From IMG/VR virus record IMGVR_UViG_3300023174_000039, positions 62,001 through 126,000 of that record: a stretch of DNA of 64,000 nucleotides. One strand, 5' to 3'. Made by a program: the position numbers and the translations under genes. Below, piece after piece: positions 19,964 through 29,860 of the stretch. Under the pieces are notes generated by a model. It was given only the letters and a program-made list of their open reading frames with translations, was not told the origin of the DNA and made no database searches. The first letter of the stretch is position 1; the number at the start of each line of letters is the position of its first letter.

Positions 19964-20109
19964 GAGCATGATCAGGGAGATGGTGCTGTTCAATGGTATG
20001 GTGGGGTTCCTAGGCCTGCTGTTACCGTGGCATGTGAACGTTAGTCACATAGGTTGCGACACTGTCCCTGGATTCGTCCAAACCCCGGCTGATACCCGGG
20101 AGTATGCTC
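19964..20109 (+). ncRNA. candidate multi-branch structured RNA (or leader; a 50-codon ORF 19968..20120 also spans it)
   Basis: Nested stems GAGCAT/ATGCTC and CAGGGA..GGTG/CACTGTCCCTG, internal hairpins, GGA-TTCG-TCC. Confidence 0.45.
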
Positions 20110-20141
20110 ATAGGGATTAACACAGTGAAAGGATATTTCTA

Positions 20142-20462
20142 ATGTCTGTTGAAACAGAGACCTCTGCGTCGAGCATGTCTGCGTCACTCAGCTCGCTTGA
20201 ATCAACGCCCTTGGTCATGCACCGTATTTGGTTTGATTTGCGTGATACCCGAACTTGGTACGCAATCATGAAAGAAGCTAATGCACTATATGGTCGGGAC
20301 GGCTGGCGCAGTCAGCCCAGAGTCAAACGTAGACTAGATAAGTTTGTGTGGGAAAGAACTCGGGTGGAAAATCATGTTTGGTTTGAAGTGCCAGATCCGT
20401 CATTTGCAACATGGTGTGCAGTTAAACACGCTGTGATTGTAGTAAAAAATCCCGGTAAATAA
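20142..20462 (+). CDS. hypothetical protein (paralog family with C-terminal F-x-D...A/T-x-F-x-L-K/W motif)
   Basis: VWFEVPDPSFATWCAVK. Confidence 0.65.
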   Translation: MSVETETSASSMSASLSSLESTPLVMHRIWFDLRDTRTWYAIMKEANALYGRDGWRSQPRVKRRLDKFVWERTRVENHVWFEVPDPSFATWCAVKHAVIVVKNPGK

Positions 20463-20467
20463 ACACT

Positions 20468-22003
20468 ATGATATTTGGTTTCGGCATATTAGCCACAGCT
20501 CTGCTACTGAGCCTGGTGGCCGCTTATTACTCAGTAGCAGGCCTTACCGCCATATTTTCTGCGGCAGTTGTTCCTGTTGTTATCATGGGTGGCAGCTTGG
20601 AACTTGGCAAGATTGTGGCCACAGTATGGTTGCATAACAATTGGAAACGAGCCGGCTGGGCATTCAAAGCATATTTGATTCCGGCAGTGGCATTCCTTAT
20701 GATATTGACATCAATGGGCATCTTTGGATACTTGTCAAAAGCTCATAGTGATCAAAGTCTAGTGTCCGGTGACTCTATGAGCAAGGTCGCTATCTATGAT
20801 GAAAAAATTAAGATTGCAAAGGAAAATATCGATGCGAACCGTAAGGCGCTTAAACAGATGGATGAAGCTGTTGACCAAGTCATGGGCCGAAGTACATCAG
20901 AAACGGGGGCAGATAAAGCCGTGGCTGTCCGTAGGGCTCAACAAAAGGAACGTGGGCGTCTCATTGCTGAAATCTCGGCCGAACAGAAAACAATTACTAG
21001 CCTTAGTGAAGAAAGAGCGCCGTTGGCGGCAGAATTCCGCAAGGTCGAAGCCGAGGTTGGTCCTATAAAATATATTGCGGCATTGGTATACGGAGATAAT
21101 CCCGATGCCAATGTGTTAGAAAAAGCAGTGCGTCTTGTGATCATCCTGATTGTGCTGGTGTTTGATCCCTTGGCTCTCACACTTATTCTGGCTGCCAACA
21201 AACAGTTTGAATGGGCGCGACAGGGCCGGGGCGGATTTGTGCATGATGAACCGGCATATCCTCCAGATGACGGCCCACTAACTGATGAACAGATTGAACA
21301 GATAAAACAAACAGCAGACAAACCCAGTTGGGCGACACATGCAGATCCGTCACCACCGGGTTGGATGTACAACACTACCACAACAACATACCCTTCTACT
21401 GAACAAGAAGTTGAAGAATTAACGTCCGAGTTTGATCGTAGCCGCCATGCATATCTGGACAAACCATTTGTGCATTTTGAAAATCTCAAACCAATGGTTG
21501 CCAAAACTGAATCAATCTTGTCACCGGTTGCCACAGAACCTATTAACCCAGCACCTGTGCCACAGCAGGTGATTGATTTTGATCCGTTTGATCCCGAAGA
21601 CACTCCAGAAATGAAAGCAGCCAAAGGACAATGGAAAGAATTAAATCCCAACGATACTTTAAAGAATCAACGTATCATGATGGCCAAGGGTATGATTGCT
21701 GAGTTGCCTTGGATAAAGTACTTGAAACCTGTGCCCAACTCCAGCTTTGGTCCTACGTTCCCAGCCACTCCCGAGCGTGGCGATAGCTTTGTCAAAACAG
21801 ATGTCATACCCAATCAACTGTATAAATTCAACGGCAATACCTGGATTTTAGTTGACAAATCCACAATAGATAACTATACTTACGACACAGCATACATTGA
21901 TCATTTGATTGATAAAATTGCCACTGGTGAATATGATCCTGATTTACTAAATCCAGGTGAACAAGAACAAGTAGCACAACGTTTACAAACCAAAACAAAA
22001 TAA
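20468..22003 (+). CDS. membrane protein with coiled coil and Pro/acidic C-terminus
   Basis: 3 N-terminal TMs, SMGIFGYLSKAH, EAEVGPIKYIA, VFDPLA; TAAATA upstream. Confidence 0.75.
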   Translation: MIFGFGILATALLLSLVAAYYSVAGLTAIFSAAVVPVVIMGGSLELGKIVATVWLHNNWKRAGWAFKAYLIPAVAFLMILTSMGIFGYLSKAHSDQSLVSGDSMSKVAIYDEKIKIAKENIDANRKALKQMDEAVDQVMGRSTSETGADKAVAVRRAQQKERGRLIAEISAEQKTITSLSEERAPLAAEFRKVEAEVGPIKYIAALVYGDNPDANVLEKAVRLVIILIVLVFDPLALTLILAANKQFEWARQGRGGFVHDEPAYPPDDGPLTDEQIEQIKQTADKPSWATHADPSPPGWMYNTTTTTYPSTEQEVEELTSEFDRSRHAYLDKPFVHFENLKPMVAKTESILSPVATEPINPAPVPQQVIDFDPFDPEDTPEMKAAKGQWKELNPNDTLKNQRIMMAKGMIAELPWIKYLKPVPNSSFGPTFPATPERGDSFVKTDVIPNQLYKFNGNTWILVDKSTIDNYTYDTAYIDHLIDKIATGEYDPDLLNPGEQEQVAQRLQTKTK

Positions 22004-22006
22004 CAC

Positions 22007-23197
22007 ATGAAATCAACTGAAAATATCAGCACCTGCAGTTTTTGCAACAAACACAAAGATGCAGTAACCAAACTTATTGTAGGTGAAGAAGTTGCAATTT
22101 GCAACGAATGCGTGGACTTGTGCCAAACATTATTGGTAGATCAACCTGAGGCAAAATCCGAAGAAGCTAGTCTTGACCCTAGAGAGATTAAAAATCATCT
22201 TGACCAATATGTAATTGGGCAGGACAATGCCAAGGTCATGCTGAGTGTGGCCATTGCCAACCACTACAAACGCATTAGAAACAAAGATGTCAACACTGAA
22301 ATTGAAAAAGCCAACATTCTCATGCTTGGCCCCACAGGTTCGGGCAAAACATTGTTGGCTCGCACAGTGGCACGTTACCTAGATGTACCATTTGTGATTG
22401 CCGATGCTACTAGTCTAACCGAAGCAGGTTATGTGGGCGATGATGTGGAAAGTTTGATCAGTCGCTTGTATGCTGCCGCTGGGGGAGATGTTGAAAAAAC
22501 ACAACGCGGTATTGTGTTTGTAGACGAAATTGATAAAATCAGCCGCAAAAGCGAAAGCACCAGTATCACACGAGATGTATCCGGTGAAGGCGTACAGCAA
22601 GCCTTGTTAAAACTAGTAGAAGGCACCAAGTGTCGCATCGTGCCACAAGGTGGCCGCAAACATCCAGGCGGCGACAACATAGAAATTGACACACGCAACA
22701 TTTTGTTCATTGCCGGTGGCGCATTTGTTGGGCTAGACAACATTGTTAAAAGTCGTGTTCAAGGCACAGGCATTGGGTTTGGTGCAGAAGTAAACAGCAA
22801 AACAGCCGGAGATCTACACATTGACAAAACCACTCCTGACGATCTTGTGAGATTTGGACTTATTCCTGAGTTTGTGGGAAGGTTTCCTGCTTGGGTCGCA
22901 CTACGAGAACTAGACAAAAAAGATCTTGTGAGAATCCTTAAAGATGTCAAACATAACTATGTGAGTCAATATCAATGGTTGTTCAAACAGGACAATGTTG
23001 AACTTGAATTTACATCTGACAGCTTGGAGTTGATTGCAGAACGCACACTCAAAAACAAAACAGGCGCACGTGGATTACACAGTGAACTAGAGCGTGTGCT
23101 AATGCCACACATGTACAACCTAACACGCTATCGTACCAGCGGCATTAGCCATGTGGACATTGATCAGAATTTGGTAAATATTCCCAAGGAGCTTTAA
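22007..23197 (+). CDS. clpX: ATP-dependent Clp protease ATP-binding subunit ClpX
   Basis: C4 zinc finger, [23 protein letters not shown] loop, TGARGL. Confidence 0.97.
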   Translation: MKSTENISTCSFCNKHKDAVTKLIVGEEVAICNECVDLCQTLLVDQPEAKSEEASLDPREIKNHLDQYVIGQDNAKVMLSVAIANHYKRIRNKDVNTEIEKANILMLGPTGSGKTLLARTVARYLDVPFVIADATSLTEAGYVGDDVESLISRLYAAAGGDVEKTQRGIVFVDEIDKISRKSESTSITRDVSGEGVQQALLKLVEGTKCRIVPQGGRKHPGGDNIEIDTRNILFIAGGAFVGLDNIVKSRVQGTGIGFGAEVNSKTAGDLHIDKTTPDDLVRFGLIPEFVGRFPAWVALRELDKKDLVRILKDVKHNYVSQYQWLFKQDNVELEFTSDSLELIAERTLKNKTGARGLHSELERVLMPHMYNLTRYRTSGISHVDIDQNLVNIPKEL

Positions 23198-23204
23198 TGC
23201 ATTT

Positions 23205-23429
23205 ATGGAAAAATTACACGGCAGATCAGTACTAGTCACGGACGGAAATGTTGATAGGGCATTGCGTAAATTCAAAAAGAAAATACAAGAAACAGGTTTG
23301 TTAAACGAACTTAGAGATCGAGAATTCTACACCAAGCCCACAACTCAACGCAAACTCAACGCCAGTGCTGCCAAAAATCGCTGGAAGAAAAAACTTCGAG
23401 ACCAACAGTTACCTAAAAAACAGTTCTAA
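23205..23429 (+). CDS. rpsU: 30S ribosomal protein bS21
   Basis: VDRALRKFKKK...ELRDREFYTKPT..RK. Confidence 0.92.
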   Translation: MEKLHGRSVLVTDGNVDRALRKFKKKIQETGLLNELRDREFYTKPTTQRKLNASAAKNRWKKKLRDQQLPKKQF

Positions 23430-23698
23430 TGTACATAGAGTTTTGTATCCCCAGTGGCGGAGGCGGCATGCCAGCACAATATGTCAACTACTGGTTGAAA
23501 CAAAATTTAGAATCTTGGGCCAAACGCTACAACGTTGAATACCAAACCAAGCATATCAAATACACTGTACGAGTAACGTTTGATGATGACAAATTGTATG
23601 ATTTTTTTGCCATGACCTGGCACCCAAAAAGCCAACACATGCAATCTGCTCTTGAACAATATCGCCTAATTGAACCAATGAAACTTGACAGAAGTTGA
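23429..23698 (+). CDS. hypothetical protein (same paralog family)
   Basis: VTFDDDKLYDFFAMTW. Confidence 0.65.
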   Translation: MYIEFCIPSGGGGMPAQYVNYWLKQNLESWAKRYNVEYQTKHIKYTVRVTFDDDKLYDFFAMTWHPKSQHMQSALEQYRLIEPMKLDRS

Positions 23699-23715
23699 GA
23701 TTTCCTGTATAAATA
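23685..23715 (+). promoter_or_regulatory. dual promoter: sigma70 TTGACA-17-TATAAA overlapping T4-type late TATAAATA
   Basis: TTGACA 23685, TATAAATA 23708. Confidence 0.75.
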
Positions 23716-23719
23716 TGTT

Positions 23720-23776
23720 TGTAGATGCCGATGGTCGGGTCTACATTTAACTAGTCATCTTGCTTAATAAAGGAGA
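23720..23776 (+). promoter_or_regulatory. ROSE-like RNA thermometer leader of hsp20
   Basis: 5' hairpin, then UCUUGCUU pairing with SD AAGGAGA with a bulged G. Confidence 0.65.
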
Positions 23777-23782
23777 AAACAA

Positions 23783-24241
23783 ATGACAAAAACTCTCACC
23801 CTTCGTTCTTTCGATATTCCCGCAATTCACAAATTTGGTATCGGGTTCGATAACATGTTTGATGAACTCATGCGTGTGAGTGCCCAACAAGGCAGCACCA
23901 ACTACCCACCTTATGATATTGTACAAGTCAACGATGACGAATACATGATCAGTGTGGCTGTGGCTGGATTTGGGTACGATGATCTCTCAGTGACCAAGGA
24001 TAAAAAGATTTTAGTTATCGAAGGCACACACAGTCGTGAAACTGTGGAAAATGAAGATTCAACTGCAAAATACCTGCACAAAGGAATCAGTGAGCGTAGT
24101 TTCCGTAGAGAATTTCAATTGGCGGATCATGTGGAAATTACCGGAGCACACCTTGAACTTGGTATCCTAAGTGTTCACTTAAAACGTGAAATACCTGAAG
24201 AAGCCAAGCCAAAGACCATTGCTATCACATACACTTCCTAA
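23783..24241 (+). CDS. small heat shock protein Hsp20 (IbpA-like)
   Basis: IGFD..FD, NYPPYDI, AVAGF, YLHKGISERSF.R.F.LAD. Confidence 0.96.
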   Translation: MTKTLTLRSFDIPAIHKFGIGFDNMFDELMRVSAQQGSTNYPPYDIVQVNDDEYMISVAVAGFGYDDLSVTKDKKILVIEGTHSRETVENEDSTAKYLHKGISERSFRREFQLADHVEITGAHLELGILSVHLKREIPEEAKPKTIAITYTS

Positions 24242-24296
24242 TATAATAGTGTAAATACAGTGACGGCACTGTGTCGTCACTGCAACAGGGAAAATC

Positions 24297-24605
24297 ATGT
24301 CACAATCAGAAACACGTACAAAAATTAAACCAAGTGAACAACTCAAAGAGCCACCAATGTACAAGGTCATCTATCTAAATGATAACCAAACCACAATGGA
24401 ATTTGTGATCGAAACCTTGATTGAATTTTTTAATTACAACACAGACACAGCGTTTACCATCACAGAAGACATTCACAATGCTGGATCAGCATGTGTTGCG
24501 GTGTTGCCATACGAGATTGCCGAACAAAAAGGTATTGAAGTAACCCTGGCAGCCAGAAATAATCAGTATCCTTTGCAGATCAAACTTGAGCCTGATCAGG
24601 CCTAA
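24297..24605 (+). CDS. clpS: ClpS N-degron adaptor
   Basis: PPMYKVIYLNDNQTTMEFV...IHNAG...YEIAEQK...YPL. Confidence 0.93.
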   Translation: MSQSETRTKIKPSEQLKEPPMYKVIYLNDNQTTMEFVIETLIEFFNYNTDTAFTITEDIHNAGSACVAVLPYEIAEQKGIEVTLAARNNQYPLQIKLEPDQA

Positions 24606-25393
24606 AACTCCACAGTGATTCGGCGAGGGTAGTACACATGCTGTCCGTACTCGGTATTGCCGCGGCCACGACAATGATTGAGATATCGGATGTTGTCGCG
24701 AATCTGATCAATAGGACTATGATAGTGCCCAAAACACCAGGTGTGTATTTTTCTTTCGGTATCTACCATGTGCGCCTGGCGCATGAGTTGGTTGCCCATG
24801 GTGTTGCATCTCCAGGTGCCTGCTAGATTGATGTCGTGACTGATCAGCACAGGATCAGGCACAGTGTGTGTTATCATTACAATTTTTTTAACATCCTGGT
24901 GTGTTTGTAATCGTTTCACAGAGTTGATCATGTACATGGCATCAGTTGTGGCCATCCTACCAATGGTTTTTACAGTGTCGCCGGTTAATTTGAATTTGTC
25001 TTGATACCACTGAGCACTTTGTGTGGGATCAATGGTTGGGTCAAAATCAAAACCAAACCAGCCATTGGTTCCCAGTATAGCAACACCGTCAATCACAACC
25101 ACATTGTCCTGTAGGTAAACCAAATTGGGGATCTTTTCAAGTCGTGTTACCAAATCAGCATAACTGTAGGTCAGGTTGTTGAGATAATTGGTATGTTCAT
25201 CATTGCCATCAATGTAGAAAACAGCCTGGTAATTTTTGCCCAGATGTGTAAGAACCTCCACTAGATCATTACGATCCATGGCTATGTCCCCTGCAACCAC
25301 AGCAACAGGGCTAGTGGCAATACCCGTCCAGTCAAATCGTGGCCAGGTATCAACGTGTAAATCAGAAATTAAATCAAAGCTAAATGTCATCAT
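24602..25393 (-). CDS. metallophosphoesterase
   Basis: SDLH, AGD, GNDEH, THTVP, FGHYH. Confidence 0.85.
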   Translation of the reverse strand: MMTFSFDLISDLHVDTWPRFDWTGIATSPVAVVAGDIAMDRNDLVEVLTHLGKNYQAVFYIDGNDEHTNYLNNLTYSYADLVTRLEKIPNLVYLQDNVVVIDGVAILGTNGWFGFDFDPTIDPTQSAQWYQDKFKLTGDTVKTIGRMATTDAMYMINSVKRLQTHQDVKKIVMITHTVPDPVLISHDINLAGTWRCNTMGNQLMRQAHMVDTERKIHTWCFGHYHSPIDQIRDNIRYLNHCRGRGNTEYGQHVYYPRRITVEF

Positions 25394-25414
25394 ACATATT
25401 TAAAAGGATTTAAC

Positions 25415-25765
25415 ATGCACATTATTTTTGGAGACGCTGTCAAAGAAATACCTGACAGCTATACTGTGTTAGAGCTCGACACAATAAACACCAACGGAAC
25501 TGTGGTCACAGCCTATTGTGTGGTAGAAAAAATACCATTGCAAGAGTTTCCCTTGATTGATGCTCATATCAAACTACATGAAGATGTGATCAAAAACTAC
25601 CGCCTGCAACACTGGGATTACTGTGAAAAAGCCATTGATGCGCTACAAGGCAAGTGGAACGGAGAAGTTGACAGCTTTTATCAAACGCTACTAGAGCGTA
25701 TAAAAACTCTTAAAGAATCTGTGTTGCCTGATAACTGGGATGGCGTTGTAATCAAAAACACCTAG
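25415..25765 (+). CDS. hypothetical protein
   Basis: YTVLELD...W.G; SD AGGA. Confidence 0.7.
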   Translation: MHIIFGDAVKEIPDSYTVLELDTINTNGTVVTAYCVVEKIPLQEFPLIDAHIKLHEDVIKNYRLQHWDYCEKAIDALQGKWNGEVDSFYQTLLERIKTLKESVLPDNWDGVVIKNT

Positions 25766-25810
25766 TAAATAAAACTTCCGGGCAAATGTAAATACCCAGG
25801 AGGAAAATAT

Positions 25811-25951
25811 ATGAGTTGGTTCAAAAGAAAACCGCATTTAAAAGCGCCGCCACAACAGCACCCGCATCACATCAGTCCAGCCACTGCAAAAGCACTGGAA
25901 AAAGCCAAAGAATCTGCGCCAAAAAAACAACCCGCCCCACCCGCTAAATAA
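25811..25951 (+). CDS. small basic Pro/Lys-rich protein (46 aa, not in ORF track)
   Basis: Strong SD GGAGG, TAAATA upstream; MSWFKRKPH... Confidence 0.55.
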   Translation: MSWFKRKPHLKAPPQQHPHHISPATAKALEKAKESAPKKQPAPPAK

Positions 25952-25971
25952 TTGATTAACAGGGGTCCAGA

Positions 25972-26832
25972 GTGAAAATAGCACGAGTTTTAATGGTCGG
26001 GGCACACCGCATTGGTGCCGCATGTTTGAGTCTGCAGTTTGATCATAATCTTAATAAATTTGACAAGACTTATGTGGTATGTCCACTTCCTGGCGATCGA
26101 CTACAAAAAGTATTTGAAAAATACAACATTGACACCCAAGGATTTGAATATATCAATGACTATGACCTAGTGAAAGAATTTCCTTTGATTTCCAATTGGT
26201 ATCTCACAGGAGAGTATCGTGGCACTTGGTTGATACAGCAGGCCATGAAGTTTTACATGCTTGATAAAATTGATGCAGATGTGGTATTCATCCACGATGC
26301 TGATAGTTTTTGTGTTGAGCCCTATGAGTGCGTGGTAGATGATAAATTAAATTTGTTTTATCTGCCAGAAACCACACATGCCTGGGAATACTACCGAGCA
26401 TTTGAGAATGTAACAGGATTGTCGAGACAGAGTACGGACTGTTATATTACAGAAATGATGCCAGTTTTTAAACATGACTGGAACAATTTAAAAACACTGA
26501 TTGCCAGCAAGTTTGACCAACCTTGGTCCAATGTGTTGATTGAGCAAACCCCTTGGGATCATGTGGGCAACATCAAATGGTTCAGCGAGTATGAATTCTT
26601 GGGCAACTGGACCACTAGTCAACACAGCGATTATATTCGAACTCAACAACACAGATACGATTATAAAAAGCTAGAAGATCTTACCTATCAAGATTTCCCT
26701 ACCGGCATCAACTGTGTGAGTGATAAAAACCCATTTGGTAATATATTACCTTTTGATTATGGCACCGATTCAGTGATGAACTTGGATACCGTGCTGGATC
26801 GTTTACAGCGCCTGGGCATATTACCTGATTAA
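25972..26832 (+). CDS. DUF6492-like (GT-A-like) protein
   Basis: WLIQQAMK, DAD, TEMMP, FSEYE.LG. Confidence 0.65.
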   Translation: MKIARVLMVGAHRIGAACLSLQFDHNLNKFDKTYVVCPLPGDRLQKVFEKYNIDTQGFEYINDYDLVKEFPLISNWYLTGEYRGTWLIQQAMKFYMLDKIDADVVFIHDADSFCVEPYECVVDDKLNLFYLPETTHAWEYYRAFENVTGLSRQSTDCYITEMMPVFKHDWNNLKTLIASKFDQPWSNVLIEQTPWDHVGNIKWFSEYEFLGNWTTSQHSDYIRTQQHRYDYKKLEDLTYQDFPTGINCVSDKNPFGNILPFDYGTDSVMNLDTVLDRLQRLGILPD

Positions 26833-28122
26833 CTGCTCAACCTCGTCCTGGTGTTGCATGCTTTCAAGTAATATTGCATCAGCCAATTTGAATTTTTCTG
26901 GACTATGAGTCCATGCCTGCCGAAACTCCAGCCAGTAACGCCCAGTTTTGTATTGTTCAATGATACTCAGTCCACGATTCAGGTTGTTGATAAATTCATC
27001 AAATATACTCTGTTGCCATCGATCACTGAAAAATAATTTTTTATTGTAATCAGCAATCTCATACAGGCGGTGCCACAGCTGATGTTTTTGCTCTAGCGGC
27101 AACTGACTAATTCTTTTCATTTCGGCACATATGCTGGCTAACCGTTTTGCAGGATCTTGAATGGCATCGTAGCTTTCGTCAATCATGCCAGCAAATGTTT
27201 TAAATCCATAGTTTCTAAGATATTGCAAACTACCTGCTGTGGCAGCCAATATAAATGGTCGTCCACATGCAATTGGCCGCAAGGACTTTTCGGTCAGGTG
27301 CCATCGTGCATCGTCAAACAATGTTTCTAGTACTACTTCTATAGCAGTAGTGCTATAGTCCAGAGTGGTGTAATCTGCGCTGGCAGTGGCGTCAACTTTG
27401 CATGGTTCAAAATAATTTTCCAAGTCTCTAGATTGTACAGTGAAGTCTGAGTTTTTGGGCTGAAAGGTAGTATAGTGCCCACTCTCACAATGTGAATTAA
27501 ATGTCATTTGACATTGATGTTGTAAATTGTGTTCTACCAACAGTTCGGTAAATTTCAGTCTATATTCCCGGGTACCGGACCAGGCACGATTGTACACTAA
27601 AAAATCTTTTTTGATTTGATTAAAGTTTGGCACCAGTCCGTAATCATTGGGTGCGTATCGATACCAGTCTGCGGCAATGGCAGCATGTGCCCACCAATAT
27701 ACTCCGACAAAATCTGCATTTTCGTACTGTGTTAGATTACTACTGTTCTGTTCACTGTGTACCAGCAACGTTTTATCATACACACTGTGTCTGGTGCCAA
27801 TGATTGAACGGAGATTTTGGTCAGTGACTAGTTTTTTTATTCTAGTCATGTTGTCCGGGTTATTGGCTATAGAGGGTGCATGCTTGACAAAATAATCCAT
27901 CATGATGTCATGTGTGTATTGATCAAAAAACAGCGGCTCTTGATCATGACACAATGCACCAGGCTTTTCAATCTGATGCCGCCATCCGTGCTGTTTAAAA
28001 TTGTACAAGGGCAACAGATCTACCAGATTTTTTGAGCCATGGGGATAGAAGCGATAAATTAATATGTCATGGTTGCATAAACCGTCTAAGTGATTGTATA
28101 ATCTATCTAAAGGAACACTCAT
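26821..28122 (-). CDS. phage glycosyltransferase-like hypothetical protein
   Basis: HDQEP, VVLET...LTEK..RPIA...PFI..A..GSL.YLR.YGF.TF...IDESYD; ATG at 28122. Confidence 0.6.
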   Translation of the reverse strand: MSVPLDRLYNHLDGLCNHDILIYRFYPHGSKNLVDLLPLYNFKQHGWRHQIEKPGALCHDQEPLFFDQYTHDIMMDYFVKHAPSIANNPDNMTRIKKLVTDQNLRSIIGTRHSVYDKTLLVHSEQNSSNLTQYENADFVGVYWWAHAAIAADWYRYAPNDYGLVPNFNQIKKDFLVYNRAWSGTREYRLKFTELLVEHNLQHQCQMTFNSHCESGHYTTFQPKNSDFTVQSRDLENYFEPCKVDATASADYTTLDYSTTAIEVVLETLFDDARWHLTEKSLRPIACGRPFILAATAGSLQYLRNYGFKTFAGMIDESYDAIQDPAKRLASICAEMKRISQLPLEQKHQLWHRLYEIADYNKKLFFSDRWQQSIFDEFINNLNRGLSIIEQYKTGRYWLEFRQAWTHSPEKFKLADAILLESMQHQDEVEQLIR

Positions 28123-28125
28123 AGT

Positions 28126-29364
28126 ATGAAAAAAATTGGATTTATTGGTATTGGTAAACTTGGCCTTGATTGCGCTGAAGTTATGGCAGAGAAGCACATG
28201 GTGCGGGGTTATGATATTTACCCACGTACCAGTGACACTGTAAAAGTTTGTGGCATTGACGAGCTGGTAAAAATGAGCGAATGGATCTTTATTGCTGTGC
28301 CAACCCCGCATGCAGAAGGATACGATGGATCCGTGCCATCAAGCCACATGACTCCCCGAGACTTTGGACATGATGCTGTGATTGATGCCATCAATAAAAT
28401 CAATCAACATGCTCAGACCAGCAAGAAGGTTGTGCTTATCTCTACTGTGCTACCAGGCACCACACGTGCCAAGTTTGTTACATTGCTGGACAAGAAACAT
28501 CAGTTCCTGTATAACCCTTATCTAATTGCCATGGGCAGTGTGAAGTGGGATATGGCCAATCCAGAGATGGTCATCATTGGCACCGAAGATGGTGAACTCA
28601 CAGGCATTGCTGGCGAACTGATTGAATTGTACAAGACCATCATGAACAACGATCCTCGTTATGAGATTGGCACATGGGACGAATGTGAAGCCATCAAGAT
28701 CTTCTATAACACATACATTTCTGCCAAGGTTGGCATTGTGAACATGATCCAGGACTTTGCCATGAAGATTGGCAACATCAATGTTGATGTTGTTACCAAT
28801 GCCCTGGCACGAAGCACCATGCGATTGCAAGGTCCCAAATACATGACAGCAGGCATGGGAGATGCAGGTGCATGCCATCCACGAGATAATATTGCCCTGC
28901 GTTGGTTGGCAGAACACTACGAAGTGGGCTATGACCTGTTTGACACAATCATGCATGCTCGTGAAATACAGGCCAAGAATCTGGGCTTGTTCTTGGTTGA
29001 ACAAGCCCGAGCCACAGGATTACCAATTGTGATTCATGGCAAAGCCTACAAGCCCGACGTTGAATACTGTATTGGTTCATACTCTACCTTGGTTGGACAC
29101 TATGTAAAAGAAGCAGGCATGCCTGTGGTATATGTTGATCCGCTGGCAGACAACCAGGATGAAGTGGTTGCGGAAGTCACAGGACCTGCTGTGTTTTTAT
29201 GGGCACACAACCGCAAGATCACCTACGAGTACACAGGCGAACAACAAGACACACAGGCCTATTGTGATATCAAACCAGGTTCGGTTATTGTTGATCCTTG
29301 GCGTAAACTGGCATCTACCGCAGATTACCGAGTAGTACACTATGGCAACACACGTGGTCAGTAA
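28126..29364 (+). CDS. UDP-glucose/GDP-mannose dehydrogenase family protein
   Basis: GIGKLG, AVPTP, STVLPG, IKIFYN, GACHPRD, AYKP, DP. Confidence 0.92.
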   Translation: MKKIGFIGIGKLGLDCAEVMAEKHMVRGYDIYPRTSDTVKVCGIDELVKMSEWIFIAVPTPHAEGYDGSVPSSHMTPRDFGHDAVIDAINKINQHAQTSKKVVLISTVLPGTTRAKFVTLLDKKHQFLYNPYLIAMGSVKWDMANPEMVIIGTEDGELTGIAGELIELYKTIMNNDPRYEIGTWDECEAIKIFYNTYISAKVGIVNMIQDFAMKIGNINVDVVTNALARSTMRLQGPKYMTAGMGDAGACHPRDNIALRWLAEHYEVGYDLFDTIMHAREIQAKNLGLFLVEQARATGLPIVIHGKAYKPDVEYCIGSYSTLVGHYVKEAGMPVVYVDPLADNQDEVVAEVTGPAVFLWAHNRKITYEYTGEQQDTQAYCDIKPGSVIVDPWRKLASTADYRVVHYGNTRGQ

Positions 29365-29860
29365 ATACAATCTTCCAGTATTCTGGAACGATGAGTACAA
29401 GACTCTTGACTATGTTCAAGAGCCTTTTAATGACCCTGTTAGTGTAGAACGTTGGCTTGAACAGGGCTACACCAACAAAATCACAGGCGATCTGTGCGAC
29501 ATGCGTCACCGTTTGCCCGTATGGACAGAAAGATTTATCAAAATTTATACTGAACTGGGATGGAAGGACATTGGACTTGCATTCTATCGCATGCCCACAG
29601 GAACAGTGATGCCGGTTCACAGTGACTTGTACAAACGCTATGTTGAACTGTTTGACTTGAAAGGCAAGGAACAGTCAATTCGCCGTGCGTTGGTTCTGAT
29701 GGAAGACTGGAAGTCGGGGCACTATCTTGAAGTCAATGGGCATCCTTATGTGAATTGGCAAGCAGGAACCACAGTGGAGTGGCAATATGATACTCCGCAC
29801 TCTGCAGCCAATATTGGTCTAGAAGATCGTTATACATTGCAAATTACTGGACACATATGA
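29342..29860 (+). CDS. 2OG-Fe(II) oxygenase-like protein
   Basis: PVHSD...PHSAANIG..DR..LQITG. Confidence 0.75.
   Translation: MATHVVSKYNLPVFWNDEYKTLDYVQEPFNDPVSVERWLEQGYTNKITGDLCDMRHRLPVWTERFIKIYTELGWKDIGLAFYRMPTGTVMPVHSDLYKRYVELFDLKGKEQSIRRALVLMEDWKSGHYLEVNGHPYVNWQAGTTVEWQYDTPHSAANIGLEDRYTLQITGHI

Noticed and set aside
19964-20109. RNase P RNA (AAACCCCGGCT resembles its 3' motif)
   Set aside because: The 5' GAGGAAAGUCC element is missing and the RNA is too short
20938-21651. 237-aa minus-strand ORF and similar antisense ORFs in the track
   Set aside because: Shadow frames of well-supported genes on the other strand, with no SD or motif
24258-24282. Hairpin ending in CACTGCAACA as a third PhaR box
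   Set aside because: Only half of the TGC-N3-GCA motif; better explained as a 5' UTR stem of clpS or a terminator of hsp20
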